Shown piece by piece: positions 10,496-20,070 of a DNA stretch of 36,641 bases. The stretch is taken from positions 1 through 36,641 of IMG/VR virus record IMGVR_UViG_2877285697_000003, one strand, 5' to 3'. The translations under genes were made by a program, and so were the position numbers. Positions within the stretch are counted from its first letter, which is position 1. Every line of letters starts with the position of its first letter. The notes under the pieces are model-generated. The model was not told the DNA's origin, ran no database searches, and saw nothing but the letters and a program-made list of their open reading frames with translations. Origin of the DNA: a virus (lineage: Duplodnaviria > Heunggongvirae > Uroviricota > Caudoviricetes).

Positions 10496-10749
10496 GTGAT
10501 CGTGTCATTGAATGCGCCTCCAGAGCGGGGCGCGACTTCTCAGAGTTCATGAAAGGCGAGAAGGGCATGATGGAAGCATTGGCCTCGGTGGATGAGTTTG
10601 GCGAGCAGCTGCGCCTCAACGGCTGTGTCAATCATCACTTTGTTAGCTACATGATGCGGAACTCGATCATGCAGGCATTCATGGACATGGCAAAAGCCGA
10701 GAGGAAAGAAGAGCGCCGGCGTAAGCGAGCGGAAGCAAAAGCGAAGTAG
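10492..10749 (+). CDS. Hypothetical 85-aa protein with basic C-terminal tail, translationally coupled to the KilA-N gene
   Basis: ATGA start/stop overlap with the upstream gene; C-terminus KAERKEERRRKRAEAKAK. Confidence 0.45.
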   Translation: MSDRVIECASRAGRDFSEFMKGEKGMMEALASVDEFGEQLRLNGCVNHHFVSYMMRNSIMQAFMDMAKAERKEERRRKRAEAKAK

Positions 10750-11164
10750 CCATTACAAAGCCCATCTACTGGTGGGCTTGATAATGGCTTATACCCTACA
10801 CGGGATAACTTAACTGATATCCCTTTTAACGGATAAAGGTATTCAAGCCTGACACATCATGCGCTGTATCGTCGCTGTATTCCCGCATTAACCATGACCG
10901 TAGCCCGACGGGGAACTCCTTCTGCGCGAGTGTGCGGGAATAATCAAAAACGATGCACACCGGGTTTTTACCGCGTTTATGGTTCGCGGGTTTGTCCCTC
11001 ATGCTCGCCAGTCCTGTGCGGGGGTGGAAGAAACAGGACACTTACACTGATTCTTGTGGGTACGATGCTATTCCTTTCTGGATTATCCCGATGTCATTCA
11101 TGCAGGGCGCTGTATCAGACGTTCGTCATGGCTGTCAGGCTGACGGGTCCTCCCGGTGGGGTGG

Positions 11165-11192
11165 CCTGCCACGGGGCGGGAGCGGCGCGGAA
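11165..11192. other. Candidate cos site (cosN-like GC-rich element) upstream of terS
   Basis: ACGGGGCGGGAGCGGCGCGG resembles the phage lambda cosN neighbourhood as recalled (ACGGGGCGGCGACCTCGCGGG), lies about 170-190 bp upstream of the terS start as in lambda, and is followed by a TTCGTCAT motif and a palindrome ACTGTAAT-N8-ATTACAGT (11234-11257). Confidence 0.4.
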
Positions 11193-11360
11193 AAAGGCTA
11201 GTTTTTGAAATTTCATTCGTCATCACCACTACTGTAATGTGTTGATATTACAGTGGTTTTATTTTTGTGGTGTCGATTTTGATTGTTTTTTTGTTCATCA
11301 CTAACACCGTTTGCCTAAAGTTGTTCGCAAGATGCATGTTTAAAACATTCTGGAGCGGGT

Positions 11361-11854
11361 ATGGATCGAGAGTTAAAAAATCTGACGCTGAATATCAGTC
11401 AACTGGCGGCACTGTCAGGTGTACATCGCCAGACTGCTGCGGCAAGGCTGCAAAATCTACCCGTTGCAGGGGGCATGAAAGCAACCTCAAGCTTTATCGG
11501 GTGGTTGATATTGTGTCGGCATTTCTGGCATTACCACCGCCGGTTGCAGAAGGCGAAATGGACGCGCATGAGCGCAAAGCCTGGTATCAGTCTGAACGTG
11601 AGCGTCTTAAGTTCGAACAGGAAACGGCACAACTCATTCCGGCCAGTGATGTCAGACGGGAGTTTGCCATCTGGGCAAAAGCGGTCGTGCAGGTGCTGGA
11701 GACATTACCGGATATTCTTGAACGTGACTGCGGTCTGCAGCCTGCCGCTGTGAGCCGTATTCAGTCCATTATTGATGATCTGCGCGATCAGATAGCCCTG
11801 CGGGTGACTGAAGCAGGTGCGGATGATGAGGAGGAATTACAGCAGGAGGAGTAA
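11361..11854 (+). pseudogene. Terminase small subunit (Nu1-like), frameshifted within a G-run near 11469-11477
   Basis: N-terminal HTH part (MDRELKNLTLNISQLAALSGVHRQTAAARLQNLPVAGG) is in one frame (ORF 11361-11753) and the remainder (HESNLKLYRVVDIV.. to stop at 11854) in another (ORF 11267-11854); junction at GCAGGGGGCATG. Confidence 0.7.
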
Positions 11855-13956
11855 TGCTGAATCAGGAAACCGCAAAGGCAGCACGAACCGATTCAGGTTA
11901 TATCCTTCGCGCACCAAGACGAATGCGGGTTGCTGATGCCGTTGCTCAGTATATGCGGGTGCCCATGGGGGCAGGGAACTCAGTCCCGTGGGATCCGCTG
12001 GTGGCACCGTATGTTATTGAGCCGATGAACTGCCTGGCCTCGCGTGAATACGACGCAGTGATATTTGTTGGCCCGGCACGAACCGGCAAGACTATCGGCC
12101 TGATTGACGGCTGGGTGATTTACAACGTGATTTGCGATCCTGCTGATATGCTGATCATTCAGATGACGGAGGAAAAAGCCCGCGAACACTCCAAAAAACG
12201 ACTCGCCAGAACGTTTCGCGTCAGCCCGGAAGTGGTCAGTCGCCTGAGTCCGAACAAAAATGACAACAACGTTTATGACAGAACATTCCTTGCTGGCAAC
12301 TACCTGAAAATCGGCTGGCCGTCAGTCAATATCATGTCCTCATCAGATTATAAATGCGTCGCGCTGACGGATTATGACCGTTTTCCGGAAGATATTGATG
12401 GTGAGGGGGATGCTTTCTCTCTTGCCTCAAAACGTACCACAACATTTATGTCCAGTGGTATGACGCTGGTGGAGAGTTCCCCCGGCAGGGATGTGAAGGA
12501 TGTGAAATGGCGACGGACTTCACCGCATGAGGCTCCACCAACCACGGGGATACTGTCGCTCTATAACCGTGGCGATCGCCGTCGCTGGTACTGGCCCTGT
12601 CCACACTGTGGTGAGTATTTTCAGCCCTGCGGCGATGTGGTTGCTGGTTTCCGTGATATTGCCGATCCCGTGCTGGCAAGTGAGGCGGCTTATATTCAGT
12701 GTCCTTCCTGTTCAGGACGGATTATGCCTGAACAAAAACGTGAGCTGAACGGACGTGGGGTCTGGTTGCGGGATGGTGAATCCATCAATGCGGATGGCAG
12801 TCGTTATGGTGATCCCAGGCGTTCACGTATTGCGTCATTCTGGATGGAGGGTCCGGCAGCTGCTTACCAGACACTCTCGCAACTCGTTTACAAACTGCTT
12901 ACTGCAGAACAGGAATACGAGACAACCGGAAGTGAAGAAACACTCAGGGCGGTTATCAACACCGACTGGGGATTACCTTATCTTCCCCGCGCCAGCATGG
13001 AGCAACGAAAAAGTGAACTGCTTGAGCAGCGGGCAGAGCCTGTTCCTCCCCGCTGCGTGCCGGATGGTGTTAATTTCCTGGCGGCGACAGTGGATGTGCA
13101 GGCGGGACGTCATCGCCGTTTTGTGGTTCAGGTAACGGGTTATGGTTGCCGTGGCGAACGCTGGATTATTGATCGTTACAACATCACGCAGTCATTGCGT
13201 TGTGACAACAACGGAGAAAGCCTGCGAATTGATCCTGCTGGTTATCCTGAGGACTGGGATGTCCTGCTGACGGATGTTTTTCATAAAAGCTGGCCGTTGG
13301 CCTCCGATCCTTCTCAACAAATGCGACTGATGGCAATGGCGGTGGACTCCGGCGGTGAAGACGGGGTCACTGATAATGCCTATAAATTCTGGCGTCGTTG
13401 CCGTCGTGATGGCCTTGGTAAACGTATTTACCTGTTTAAGGGCGACAGCATCCGACGCGCAAAACTGATCACCCGTACATTCCCTGATAACACCGGACGA
13501 ACGGGCCGACGGGCGCAGGCCGCAGGTGATGTGCCGCTCTGGCTTCTTCAGACGGATGCCCTGAAAGACCGGGTGAATAACGCGTTATGGCGTGACTCGC
13601 CAGGTCCCGGCTATGTGCATTTCCCTGACTGGCTGGGGAGCTGGTTTTACGACGAACTGACGTATGAAGAGCGGAGCAGTGACGGGAAATGGAGTAAGCC
13701 GGGTCGAGGTGCCAACGAAGCTTTTGACCTGATGGTGTATGCCGAGGCTCTGGTCATTCTGCATGGTTACGAGAAAATTCAGTGGCCGGATGCGCCGGAA
13801 TGGGCATGCAGGGAAACCTGGCTGGAGCGTGTCAGGGACGATGCCGGACTGTCAGCCTCGCCGGAGCCGATATCCGTGTCCGTTAAAAAAAAGAAACGAA
13901 AAAAAGTGGTGCCTGATGAAGAAAACCCATGGGTGACTTCCGGAGGATGGTTGTGA
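11854..13956 (+). CDS. Terminase large subunit (lambda gpA family), 700 aa
   Basis: ATG overlaps the terS stop (TAATG); translation has the gpA-family ATPase region (..VIFVGPARTGKT..) and length typical of lambda-type TerL. Confidence 0.9.
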   Translation: MLNQETAKAARTDSGYILRAPRRMRVADAVAQYMRVPMGAGNSVPWDPLVAPYVIEPMNCLASREYDAVIFVGPARTGKTIGLIDGWVIYNVICDPADMLIIQMTEEKAREHSKKRLARTFRVSPEVVSRLSPNKNDNNVYDRTFLAGNYLKIGWPSVNIMSSSDYKCVALTDYDRFPEDIDGEGDAFSLASKRTTTFMSSGMTLVESSPGRDVKDVKWRRTSPHEAPPTTGILSLYNRGDRRRWYWPCPHCGEYFQPCGDVVAGFRDIADPVLASEAAYIQCPSCSGRIMPEQKRELNGRGVWLRDGESINADGSRYGDPRRSRIASFWMEGPAAAYQTLSQLVYKLLTAEQEYETTGSEETLRAVINTDWGLPYLPRASMEQRKSELLEQRAEPVPPRCVPDGVNFLAATVDVQAGRHRRFVVQVTGYGCRGERWIIDRYNITQSLRCDNNGESLRIDPAGYPEDWDVLLTDVFHKSWPLASDPSQQMRLMAMAVDSGGEDGVTDNAYKFWRRCRRDGLGKRIYLFKGDSIRRAKLITRTFPDNTGRTGRRAQAAGDVPLWLLQTDALKDRVNNALWRDSPGPGYVHFPDWLGSWFYDELTYEERSSDGKWSKPGRGANEAFDLMVYAEALVILHGYEKIQWPDAPEWACRETWLERVRDDAGLSASPEPISVSVKKKKRKKVVPDEENPWVTSGGWL

Positions 13957-14165
13957 ACCAGAATGATATTGAAGCCATGATCCATCGTTATATCAATGCG
14001 GAAATGGCAGTGCTGGACGGAAAGTCCATTACTTTTAATGGTCAGCAGATGACCATGGAAAACTTATCCGAGATCCGACAGGGGCGGCAGGAGTGGGAAC
14101 GTCGCCTTGCGACTCTGGCTGCGCGGCGACGGGGGAAGCCGGGCTATAAACTGGCGAGGTTCTGA
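13953..14165 (+). CDS. Head-tail joining protein, gpW-like
   Basis: Small ORF between terL and portal, position as in lambda; GTG at 13953 preceded by GGAGG; stop overlaps the portal ATG (TGATG). Confidence 0.6.
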   Translation: MNQNDIEAMIHRYINAEMAVLDGKSITFNGQQMTMENLSEIRQGRQEWERRLATLAARRRGKPGYKLARF

Positions 14166-15670
14166 TGGCAATTCTTGATGATGTTATTGGTGTTTTTTCA
14201 CCTGGCTGGAAAGCTGCGAGATTGCGCTCAAGGGCATTAATTCGTGCCTATGAGGCAGTGAAGCCTACTCGTACACATAAAGCCCGGCGGGAAAATCGTT
14301 CTGCCGACCAGCTCAGTAAGTACGGTGCAGTTTCCCTGCGGGAGCAGGCTCGTTTTCTGGACATCAATCATGATCTGGTAATCGGTGTTTTCGACAAACT
14401 TGAGGAACGGGTGATTGGTGCAAAAGGGATCGTTGTCGAACCCCAGCCATTACTGAAGAACGGTGATATAGCCACAGAGCTGGCAATGATTCTCCGTCGC
14501 TTGTGGGTGGAATGGTCTGTCAGTCCGGATGTGACCGGGCAGTATACGCGCCCCATGCTCGAGCGTCTGCTGCTGCGTACCTGGTTACGTGATGGTGAAG
14601 TGTTTGCCCAGCTGGTTCGTGGTGCCGGCGGCGGGCTGGTGCGGACTGCTGGCGTGCCTTTCTGGATCGAGGCAATGGAGCCGGATTTTGTGCCCATGCT
14701 CAGTGATGAATCTGTGGGGTTGAATCAGGGTGTTTTTCTGGATGACTGGGGCAGACCGAAAAAATACCTGGTTTATAAAAATCATCCGACTACCGGGCGG
14801 CTGAGTGATACCAAAGAGATCGTTGCCGAAAATATGGTGCATCTGAAATTTACCCGTCGTCTGCATCAGACGCGTGGTACATCCATGTTGTCAGGTGTGC
14901 TGATGCGGATCAGTGCGCTTAAGGAATATGAAGATGCTGAGCTGACAGCGGCGCGTGTTGCTGCGGCTCTGGGGCTGTATATCCGTAAAGGAGATGGGCA
15001 GGATTATGAAGACGCCACGATAAATAAAGATAATGACCGGGAACTGCATATCACCCCTGGCATTATTTATGACGATTTGCGCAAGGGGGAAGATATTGGC
15101 ATGGTCAAATCTGATCGGCCCAATCCTAACCTTGAAACTTTTCGTAACGGGCAGCTGCGTGCGGTGGCCGCAGGCAGTCGTATGAGTTTTTCCAGTGCGG
15201 CGCGCAATTACAACGGTACCTACAGCGCTCAGCGACAGGAGCTGGTCGAGTCCACTGACGGCTATCTGATCCTGCAGGACTGCTTTATTGGCGCTGTAAC
15301 CCGTCCCGTGTACCGGACGTGGCTGAACATGGTGGTAGCAGCAGGTCTGCTGAAAATCCCGTCGGATGTGGATATGAAAACGTTGTGTAACGCAACATAT
15401 TCCGGTCCGGTCATGCCGTGGATTGATCCGGTTAAGGAGGCTGAGGCCTGGAAAATCCAGATTCGCGGTGGAGCGGCGACAGAATCAGACTGGGTGCGAG
15501 CAGGTGGGCGTAATCCGGATGATGTCAAACGTCGGCGCAAGGCTGAAATTGATGAAAACCGCAAGCTGGGTCTGATATTTGATACCGATCCGGCCAGTAA
15601 TAAAGGAGGCAGCAGTGTCGCAACGAAACGACTGGAGCCGCAGCACACCGACGGCCAGTCCGAAGAATAA
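14165..15670 (+). CDS. Portal protein (lambda gpB family), 501 aa
   Basis: Position after terL and gpW, size and sequence consistent with lambda-family portal proteins. Confidence 0.85.
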   Translation: MAILDDVIGVFSPGWKAARLRSRALIRAYEAVKPTRTHKARRENRSADQLSKYGAVSLREQARFLDINHDLVIGVFDKLEERVIGAKGIVVEPQPLLKNGDIATELAMILRRLWVEWSVSPDVTGQYTRPMLERLLLRTWLRDGEVFAQLVRGAGGGLVRTAGVPFWIEAMEPDFVPMLSDESVGLNQGVFLDDWGRPKKYLVYKNHPTTGRLSDTKEIVAENMVHLKFTRRLHQTRGTSMLSGVLMRISALKEYEDAELTAARVAAALGLYIRKGDGQDYEDATINKDNDRELHITPGIIYDDLRKGEDIGMVKSDRPNPNLETFRNGQLRAVAAGSRMSFSSAARNYNGTYSAQRQELVESTDGYLILQDCFIGAVTRPVYRTWLNMVVAAGLLKIPSDVDMKTLCNATYSGPVMPWIDPVKEAEAWKIQIRGGAATESDWVRAGGRNPDDVKRRRKAEIDENRKLGLIFDTDPASNKGGSSVATKRLEPQHTDGQSEE

Positions 15671-15683
15671 TTCCTGGTTCAGG

Positions 15684-16289
15684 ATGCAGGCAGGTCACCA
15701 GAGTGACGCGGATATTTATATTTATGACGAGATTGGTTTCTGGGGTGTTACGGCGAAGCAGTTTATCAGTGATCTGAATGCACTGGGCGATATCACCCAC
15801 ATTAATCTCCATATCAATTCACCGGGTGGCGATGTCTTTGAAGGCATCGCCATTTTTAATGCACTGAAAACACATGGTGCGTCCATTACCGTTTATGTCG
15901 ACGGTGTGGCGGCATCAATGGCGTCGGTCATTGCGATGGTGGGAAACCCGGTCATTATGCCGGAAAACACCTTCATGATGATTCATAAACCATTTGGCTT
16001 TACGGGCGGTGATGCGGAGGACATGCGCACCTATGCCGACCTGCTCGATAAAGTTGAGGCGGTTCTGTTACCCGCTTATGCACAGAAAACCGGGAAAACC
16101 ATCGATGAAGTTGCTGCCATGCTGGCGGATGAGACCTGGATGTCCGGTGCCGAATGTCTGGCACATGGATTTGCTGATCAGGTGACGCCAGCCGTTAAGG
16201 CAATGGCATGTATTCAGTCAAAACGTACAGAGGAATTTAAAAAGATGCCGGAATCCATTCGAAACATGATTACTCCGCCACGCAACTGA
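15684..16289 (+). CDS. ClpP/S14-family prohead protease; stop codon provided by the IS600 terminus
   Basis: Translation (..HINSPGGDVFEGIAIFNALK.. SMASVIAMVG.. MIHKP..) has ClpP-like Ser/His motifs; start set at ATG 15684 just after the portal stop (ORF track start 15579 overlaps portal); TGA at 16287-16289 is the first 3 nt of the IS600 IRL. Confidence 0.8.
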   Translation: MQAGHQSDADIYIYDEIGFWGVTAKQFISDLNALGDITHINLHINSPGGDVFEGIAIFNALKTHGASITVYVDGVAASMASVIAMVGNPVIMPENTFMMIHKPFGFTGGDAEDMRTYADLLDKVEAVLLPAYAQKTGKTIDEVAAMLADETWMSGAECLAHGFADQVTPAVKAMACIQSKRTEEFKKMPESIRNMITPPRN

Positions 16290-16350
16290 GGTAGCCTGAG
16301 TTTAACGGACACTCCTTCCTGAAATAGAATGGCATCAGAAGGAGCTAATA

Positions 16351-16653
16351 ATGAGCAGAAAAACCCAACGTTACTCTAAAGAGTTCAAAGCCGAAGCTGT
16401 CAGAACGGTTCTTGAAAATCAACTTTCGATCAGTGAAGGCGCTTCCCGATTATCCCTTCCTGAAGGCACTTTAGGACAATGGGTTACCGCCGCCAGAAAA
16501 GGGCTCGGTACTCCTGGCTCCCGCACGGTGGCTGAACTGGAATCTGAAATTCTGCAACTGCGTAAGGCGTTAAATGAAGCTCGCCTTGAGCGAGATATAT
16601 TAAAAAAAGCAACAGCGTATTTTGCACAGGAGTCGCTGAAAAATACGCGTTAA
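16351..16653 (+). CDS. IS600 OrfA
   Basis: 100-aa ORF MSRKTQRYSKEFKAEAVRTV.. with HTH and leucine-zipper-like C-terminus, as in IS3-family OrfA proteins. Confidence 0.9.
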   Translation: MSRKTQRYSKEFKAEAVRTVLENQLSISEGASRLSLPEGTLGQWVTAARKGLGTPGSRTVAELESEILQLRKALNEARLERDILKKATAYFAQESLKNTR

Positions 16654-16688
16654 TCGAACAATGGCGACAACAATTTCCCATTGAAGCG

Positions 16689-17507
16689 ATGTGTCAGGTA
16701 TTTGGTGTATCCAGGAGCGGTTATTACAACTGGGTACAGCATGAACCCTCAGACAGAAAACAAAGTGATGAGCGGCTAAAACTGGAGATTAAGGTGGCAC
16801 ATATCCGCACTCGCGAAACATATGGAACCCGGCGGCTCCAGACGGAGCTGGCAGAGAATGGCATCATCGTTGGTCGTGACCGACTGGCACGTCTTCGTAA
16901 GGAGCTAAGGCTACGCTGTAAGCAGAAACGCAAGTTCAGAGCGACTACGAACCCGAACCACAATCTGCCAGTTGCGCCAAATCTGCTGAACCAGACGTTC
17001 GCTCCTACAGCACCAAATCAGGTCTGGGTGGCGGACCTGACGTATGTTGCCACACAGGAGGGATGGTTGTACCTCGCTGGCATCAAAGATGTTTATACGT
17101 GCGAAATTGTCGGCTACGCCATGGGAGAGCGCATGACAAAAGAGCTGACAGGTAAAGCCCTGTTTATGGCGCTCAGGAGCCAGCGCCCACCTGCCGGGCT
17201 AATCCACCACTCTGATCGAGGTTCACAGTACTGCGCATACGATTACCGGGTCATACAGGAGCAGTCTGGTCTGAAAACATCAATGTCGCGTAAAGGTAAC
17301 TGTTACGGCAACGCTCCGATGGAAAGCTTCTGGGGAACGCTGAAAAATGAGAGCCTGAGCCACTATCGTTTTAATAACCGGGATGAAGCCATCTCAGTAA
17401 TACGGGAATACATTGAGATTTTCTACAATCGTCAGCGTCGTCACTCTCGTCTGGGGAATATCTCCCCGGCAGCCTTCAGGGAAAAATATCATCAGATGGC
17501 TGCTTAA
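16689..17507 (+). CDS. IS600 OrfB transposase
   Basis: 272-aa ORF; differs from the copy at 6378-7196 by two substitutions (F->S and D->G in ..VIQEQSGLKTSMSRKGNCYGNAPME..). Confidence 0.9.
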   Translation: MCQVFGVSRSGYYNWVQHEPSDRKQSDERLKLEIKVAHIRTRETYGTRRLQTELAENGIIVGRDRLARLRKELRLRCKQKRKFRATTNPNHNLPVAPNLLNQTFAPTAPNQVWVADLTYVATQEGWLYLAGIKDVYTCEIVGYAMGERMTKELTGKALFMALRSQRPPAGLIHHSDRGSQYCAYDYRVIQEQSGLKTSMSRKGNCYGNAPMESFWGTLKNESLSHYRFNNRDEAISVIREYIEIFYNRQRRHSRLGNISPAAFREKYHQMAA

Positions 17508-17550
17508 AAAAAGAACAAATGGTAGTGTCCGCTATTGCCAGTACACCTCA

Positions 17551-17765
17551 GAATTATCCTTCGCTTGCTCCACATACCCCTTCTTCACCTTCTCCGCAAT
17601 CAGCTTAAGCTCCGCTTTTGCCGCTGCCGCAGCATCTGAAAAACTTTTTATCTGGCTTTGCCCTTTGGTGCCAACTTTTCCCCAACTGATATGCAACTCG
17701 TTTCCCTGTTGCTCAACTGCCCAGAATTTATGTGATTTTTCGTCCTGATAGATAAAGTGTCTCAT
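17551..17765 (-). pseudogene. molR: molR-family gene, N-terminal WGR-domain fragment, truncated by IS600
   Basis: Translation MRHFIYQDEKSHKFWAVEQQGNELHISWGKVGTKGQSQIKSF.. has the WGR motif; the last residues (EVYWQ-stop) are read from the IS600 terminus; lies directly downstream of metG as molR does in E. coli. Confidence 0.6.
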
Positions 17766-17864
17766 TCTGCATCCCTGTAATTTTATCCAGTTGAATGCAG
17801 ATGCTACCAGTATTTATGCGGGTTAGAGAGAGACAAAATCGCAAGAAAACAACTTTAGGAATTT

Positions 17865-17896
17865 ATAAAGAAAAGGCGCTGTCGATGCAGCGCCTT
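17865..17896 (-). terminator. Rho-independent terminator downstream of metG
   Basis: On the minus strand AAGGCGCTG catcgac CAGCGCCTT followed by a T-rich run, about 10 bp after the metG stop. Confidence 0.6.
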
Positions 17897-17905
17897 GAAG
17901 GGGGA

Positions 17906-19939
17906 TTATTTCACCTGATGGCCTGGTTTAGCACCAGCATCCGGGCTTAACAGGAAGATATCTTTCCCGCCAGGACCAGCAGCCATTACCATGCCTTCGG
18001 AGATACCAAAGCGCATTTTACGCGGTGCCAGGTTGGCCACCATAATGGTGTGACGCCCGATCAGTGCCTGCGGATCCGGGTAGGCAGAACGAATACCGGA
18101 GAAGACATTGCGTTTTTCACCGCCGAGATCCAGTGTCAGGCGCAGCAGTTTGTCAGAACCTTCAACAAACTCTGCGTTTTCGATCAGCGCCACGCGCAGG
18201 TCAACTTTTGCGAAGTCGTCAAAGGTGATGGTTTCCTGAATCGGATCATCTGCCAGTGGGCCAGTAACTGGCGCGGCAGCTGCTTTCACTTCTTCTTTAG
18301 ACGCTTCCACCAGTGCTTCAACCTGCTTCATATCGATGCGGTTATACAGCGCTTTGAACGGATTCACTTTGTGGCCCAGCAGCGGTTGCTGGATACCATC
18401 CCAGGTCAGTTCTGTATTGAGGAATGCTTCTGCGCGCTCGGTCAGTTTCGGCAGTACCGGCTTCAGGTAAGTCATCAGCACGCGGAACAGGTTTATGCCC
18501 ATTGAGCAAATTGCCTGCAGGTCGGCATCGCGGCCTTCCTGTTTTGCCACCACCCACGGAGCCTGCTCGTCGACATAGCGGTTAGCCAGATCAGCCAGCG
18601 CCATGATTTCGCGCACTGCTTTACCAAATTCGCGGCTTTCCCACGCTTCACCAATCACTTCAGCGGCATCAGTGAAGGTTTTGTACAACTGCGGGTCAGC
18701 CAGTTCGCTTGCCAGCACGCCGTCAAAACGCTTGTTGATAAAGCCCGCATTACGAGAGGCCAGGTTAACCACTTTGTTCACGATATCGGCATTCACACGC
18801 TGAACGAAATCCTCCAGGTTGAGATCGATATCATCAATGCGCGAAGAGAGTTTCGTAGTGTAGTAGTAACGCAGGCTGTCAGCGTCAAAATGATTCAGCC
18901 AGGTGCTGGCTTTAATAAAGGTGCCGCGAGACTTGGACATCTTTGCGCCGTTCACCGTCACATAGCCATGAACAAACAGGTTGGTCGGCTTGCGGAAGTT
19001 GCTGCCTTCCAGCATGGCAGGCCAGAACAGGCTGTGGAAGTAAACAATATCTTTACCGATGAAGTGGTACAGCTCGGCGGTGGAGTCTTTCTTCCAGTAT
19101 TCATCGAAGCTTACGCTGTCGCCGCGCTTGTCGCACAGATTCTTGAAAGAACCCATGTAGCCAATCGGTGCGTCCAGCCAGACGTAGAAATATTTGCCCG
19201 GCGCGTTCGGAATTTCAAAACCAAAGTATGGCGCGTCGCGGGAGATATCCCACTGTTGCAGGCCGGATTCAAACCACTCCTGCATTTTATTTGCCACCTG
19301 CTCCTGCAACGCACCGCTGCGGGTCCATGCCTGCAACATTTCGCTGAAAGAGGGCAGATCAAAGAAGAAGTGTTCAGAATCACGCATTACCGGCGTAGCG
19401 CCAGAAACCACCGATTTCGGCTCGATCAATTCAGTCGGGCTGTAGGTCGCGCCGCAGACTTCGCAGTTATCGCCGTATTGATCCGGGGATTTACATTTCG
19501 GGCAGGTGCCTTTCACAAAACGGTCCGGCAGGAACATGCCTTTTTCCGGATCGTACAGCTGAGAGATGGTGCGGTTTTTAATAAAACCGTTCTCTTTCAG
19601 GCGAGAGTAGATAAGTTCTGACAACTGGCGGTTCTCTTCGCTGTGCGTCGAGTGATAGTTGTCATAGCTGATGTTAAAGCCTGCGAAATCAGTCTGATGC
19701 TCCTGACTCATTTCGCCAATCATCTGCTCCGGGGTGATACCAAGCTGCTGAGCTTTCAGCATGATCGGTGTACCGTGGGCATCGTCGGCGCAGATGAAGT
19801 TGACCTCGTGGCCGCGCATTCGCTGGTAACGGACCCAGACATCAGCCTGGATGTGCTCCAGCATATGGCCGAGGTGGATTGAGCCGTTAGCGTACGGCAG
19901 TGCGCACGTCACCAGAATTTTCTTCGCGACTTGAGTCAT
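17906..19939 (-). CDS. metG: Methionine--tRNA ligase
   Basis: Translation matches MetG over its full length (HIGH-type ..[14 protein letters not shown].. and KMSKS motifs, C-terminal tRNA-binding domain); start placed at [10 protein letters not shown]. Confidence 0.97.
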   Translation of the reverse strand: MTQVAKKILVTCALPYANGSIHLGHMLEHIQADVWVRYQRMRGHEVNFICADDAHGTPIMLKAQQLGITPEQMIGEMSQEHQTDFAGFNISYDNYHSTHSEENRQLSELIYSRLKENGFIKNRTISQLYDPEKGMFLPDRFVKGTCPKCKSPDQYGDNCEVCGATYSPTELIEPKSVVSGATPVMRDSEHFFFDLPSFSEMLQAWTRSGALQEQVANKMQEWFESGLQQWDISRDAPYFGFEIPNAPGKYFYVWLDAPIGYMGSFKNLCDKRGDSVSFDEYWKKDSTAELYHFIGKDIVYFHSLFWPAMLEGSNFRKPTNLFVHGYVTVNGAKMSKSRGTFIKASTWLNHFDADSLRYYYTTKLSSRIDDIDLNLEDFVQRVNADIVNKVVNLASRNAGFINKRFDGVLASELADPQLYKTFTDAAEVIGEAWESREFGKAVREIMALADLANRYVDEQAPWVVAKQEGRDADLQAICSMGINLFRVLMTYLKPVLPKLTERAEAFLNTELTWDGIQQPLLGHKVNPFKALYNRIDMKQVEALVEASKEEVKAAAAPVTGPLADDPIQETITFDDFAKVDLRVALIENAEFVEGSDKLLRLTLDLGGEKRNVFSGIRSAYPDPQALIGRHTIMVANLAPRKMRFGISEGMVMAAGPGGKDIFLLSPDAGAKPGHQVK

Positions 19940-20070
19940 AGTAGGCATTACTTCTTAATAGTGAAAAGGGGTTAGATAGTACCAAATGGGAAAATGTTAA
20001 GTAAGTACTTCTCTATATTCTTCAGGTAAACTATCAGCTGATGGTTTATCTATACAAAAAAGGAGTCGGG

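Larger units (their letters stand above)
16287..17550 (+). mobile_element. IS600 (IS3 family), complete, 1264 bp
   Basis: IRL TGAGGTAGCCTGAGTTTAACGGACACTCC at 16287 and IRR ..GGTAGTGTCCGCTATTGCCAGTACACCTCA ending 17550; orfA and orfB in the -1 frameshift arrangement. Confidence 0.9.

Noticed and set aside
10826-11208. Short overlapping ORFs (71, 104 and 82 aa) in the 600-bp gap before terS
   Set aside because: Overlapping frames in a GC-rich segment with Cys/Arg/Gly-rich translations; the region is better explained as a cos-like non-coding region.
18890-19621. 243-aa ORF on the + strand inside metG
   Set aside because: Antisense shadow ORF within the well-supported metG gene.
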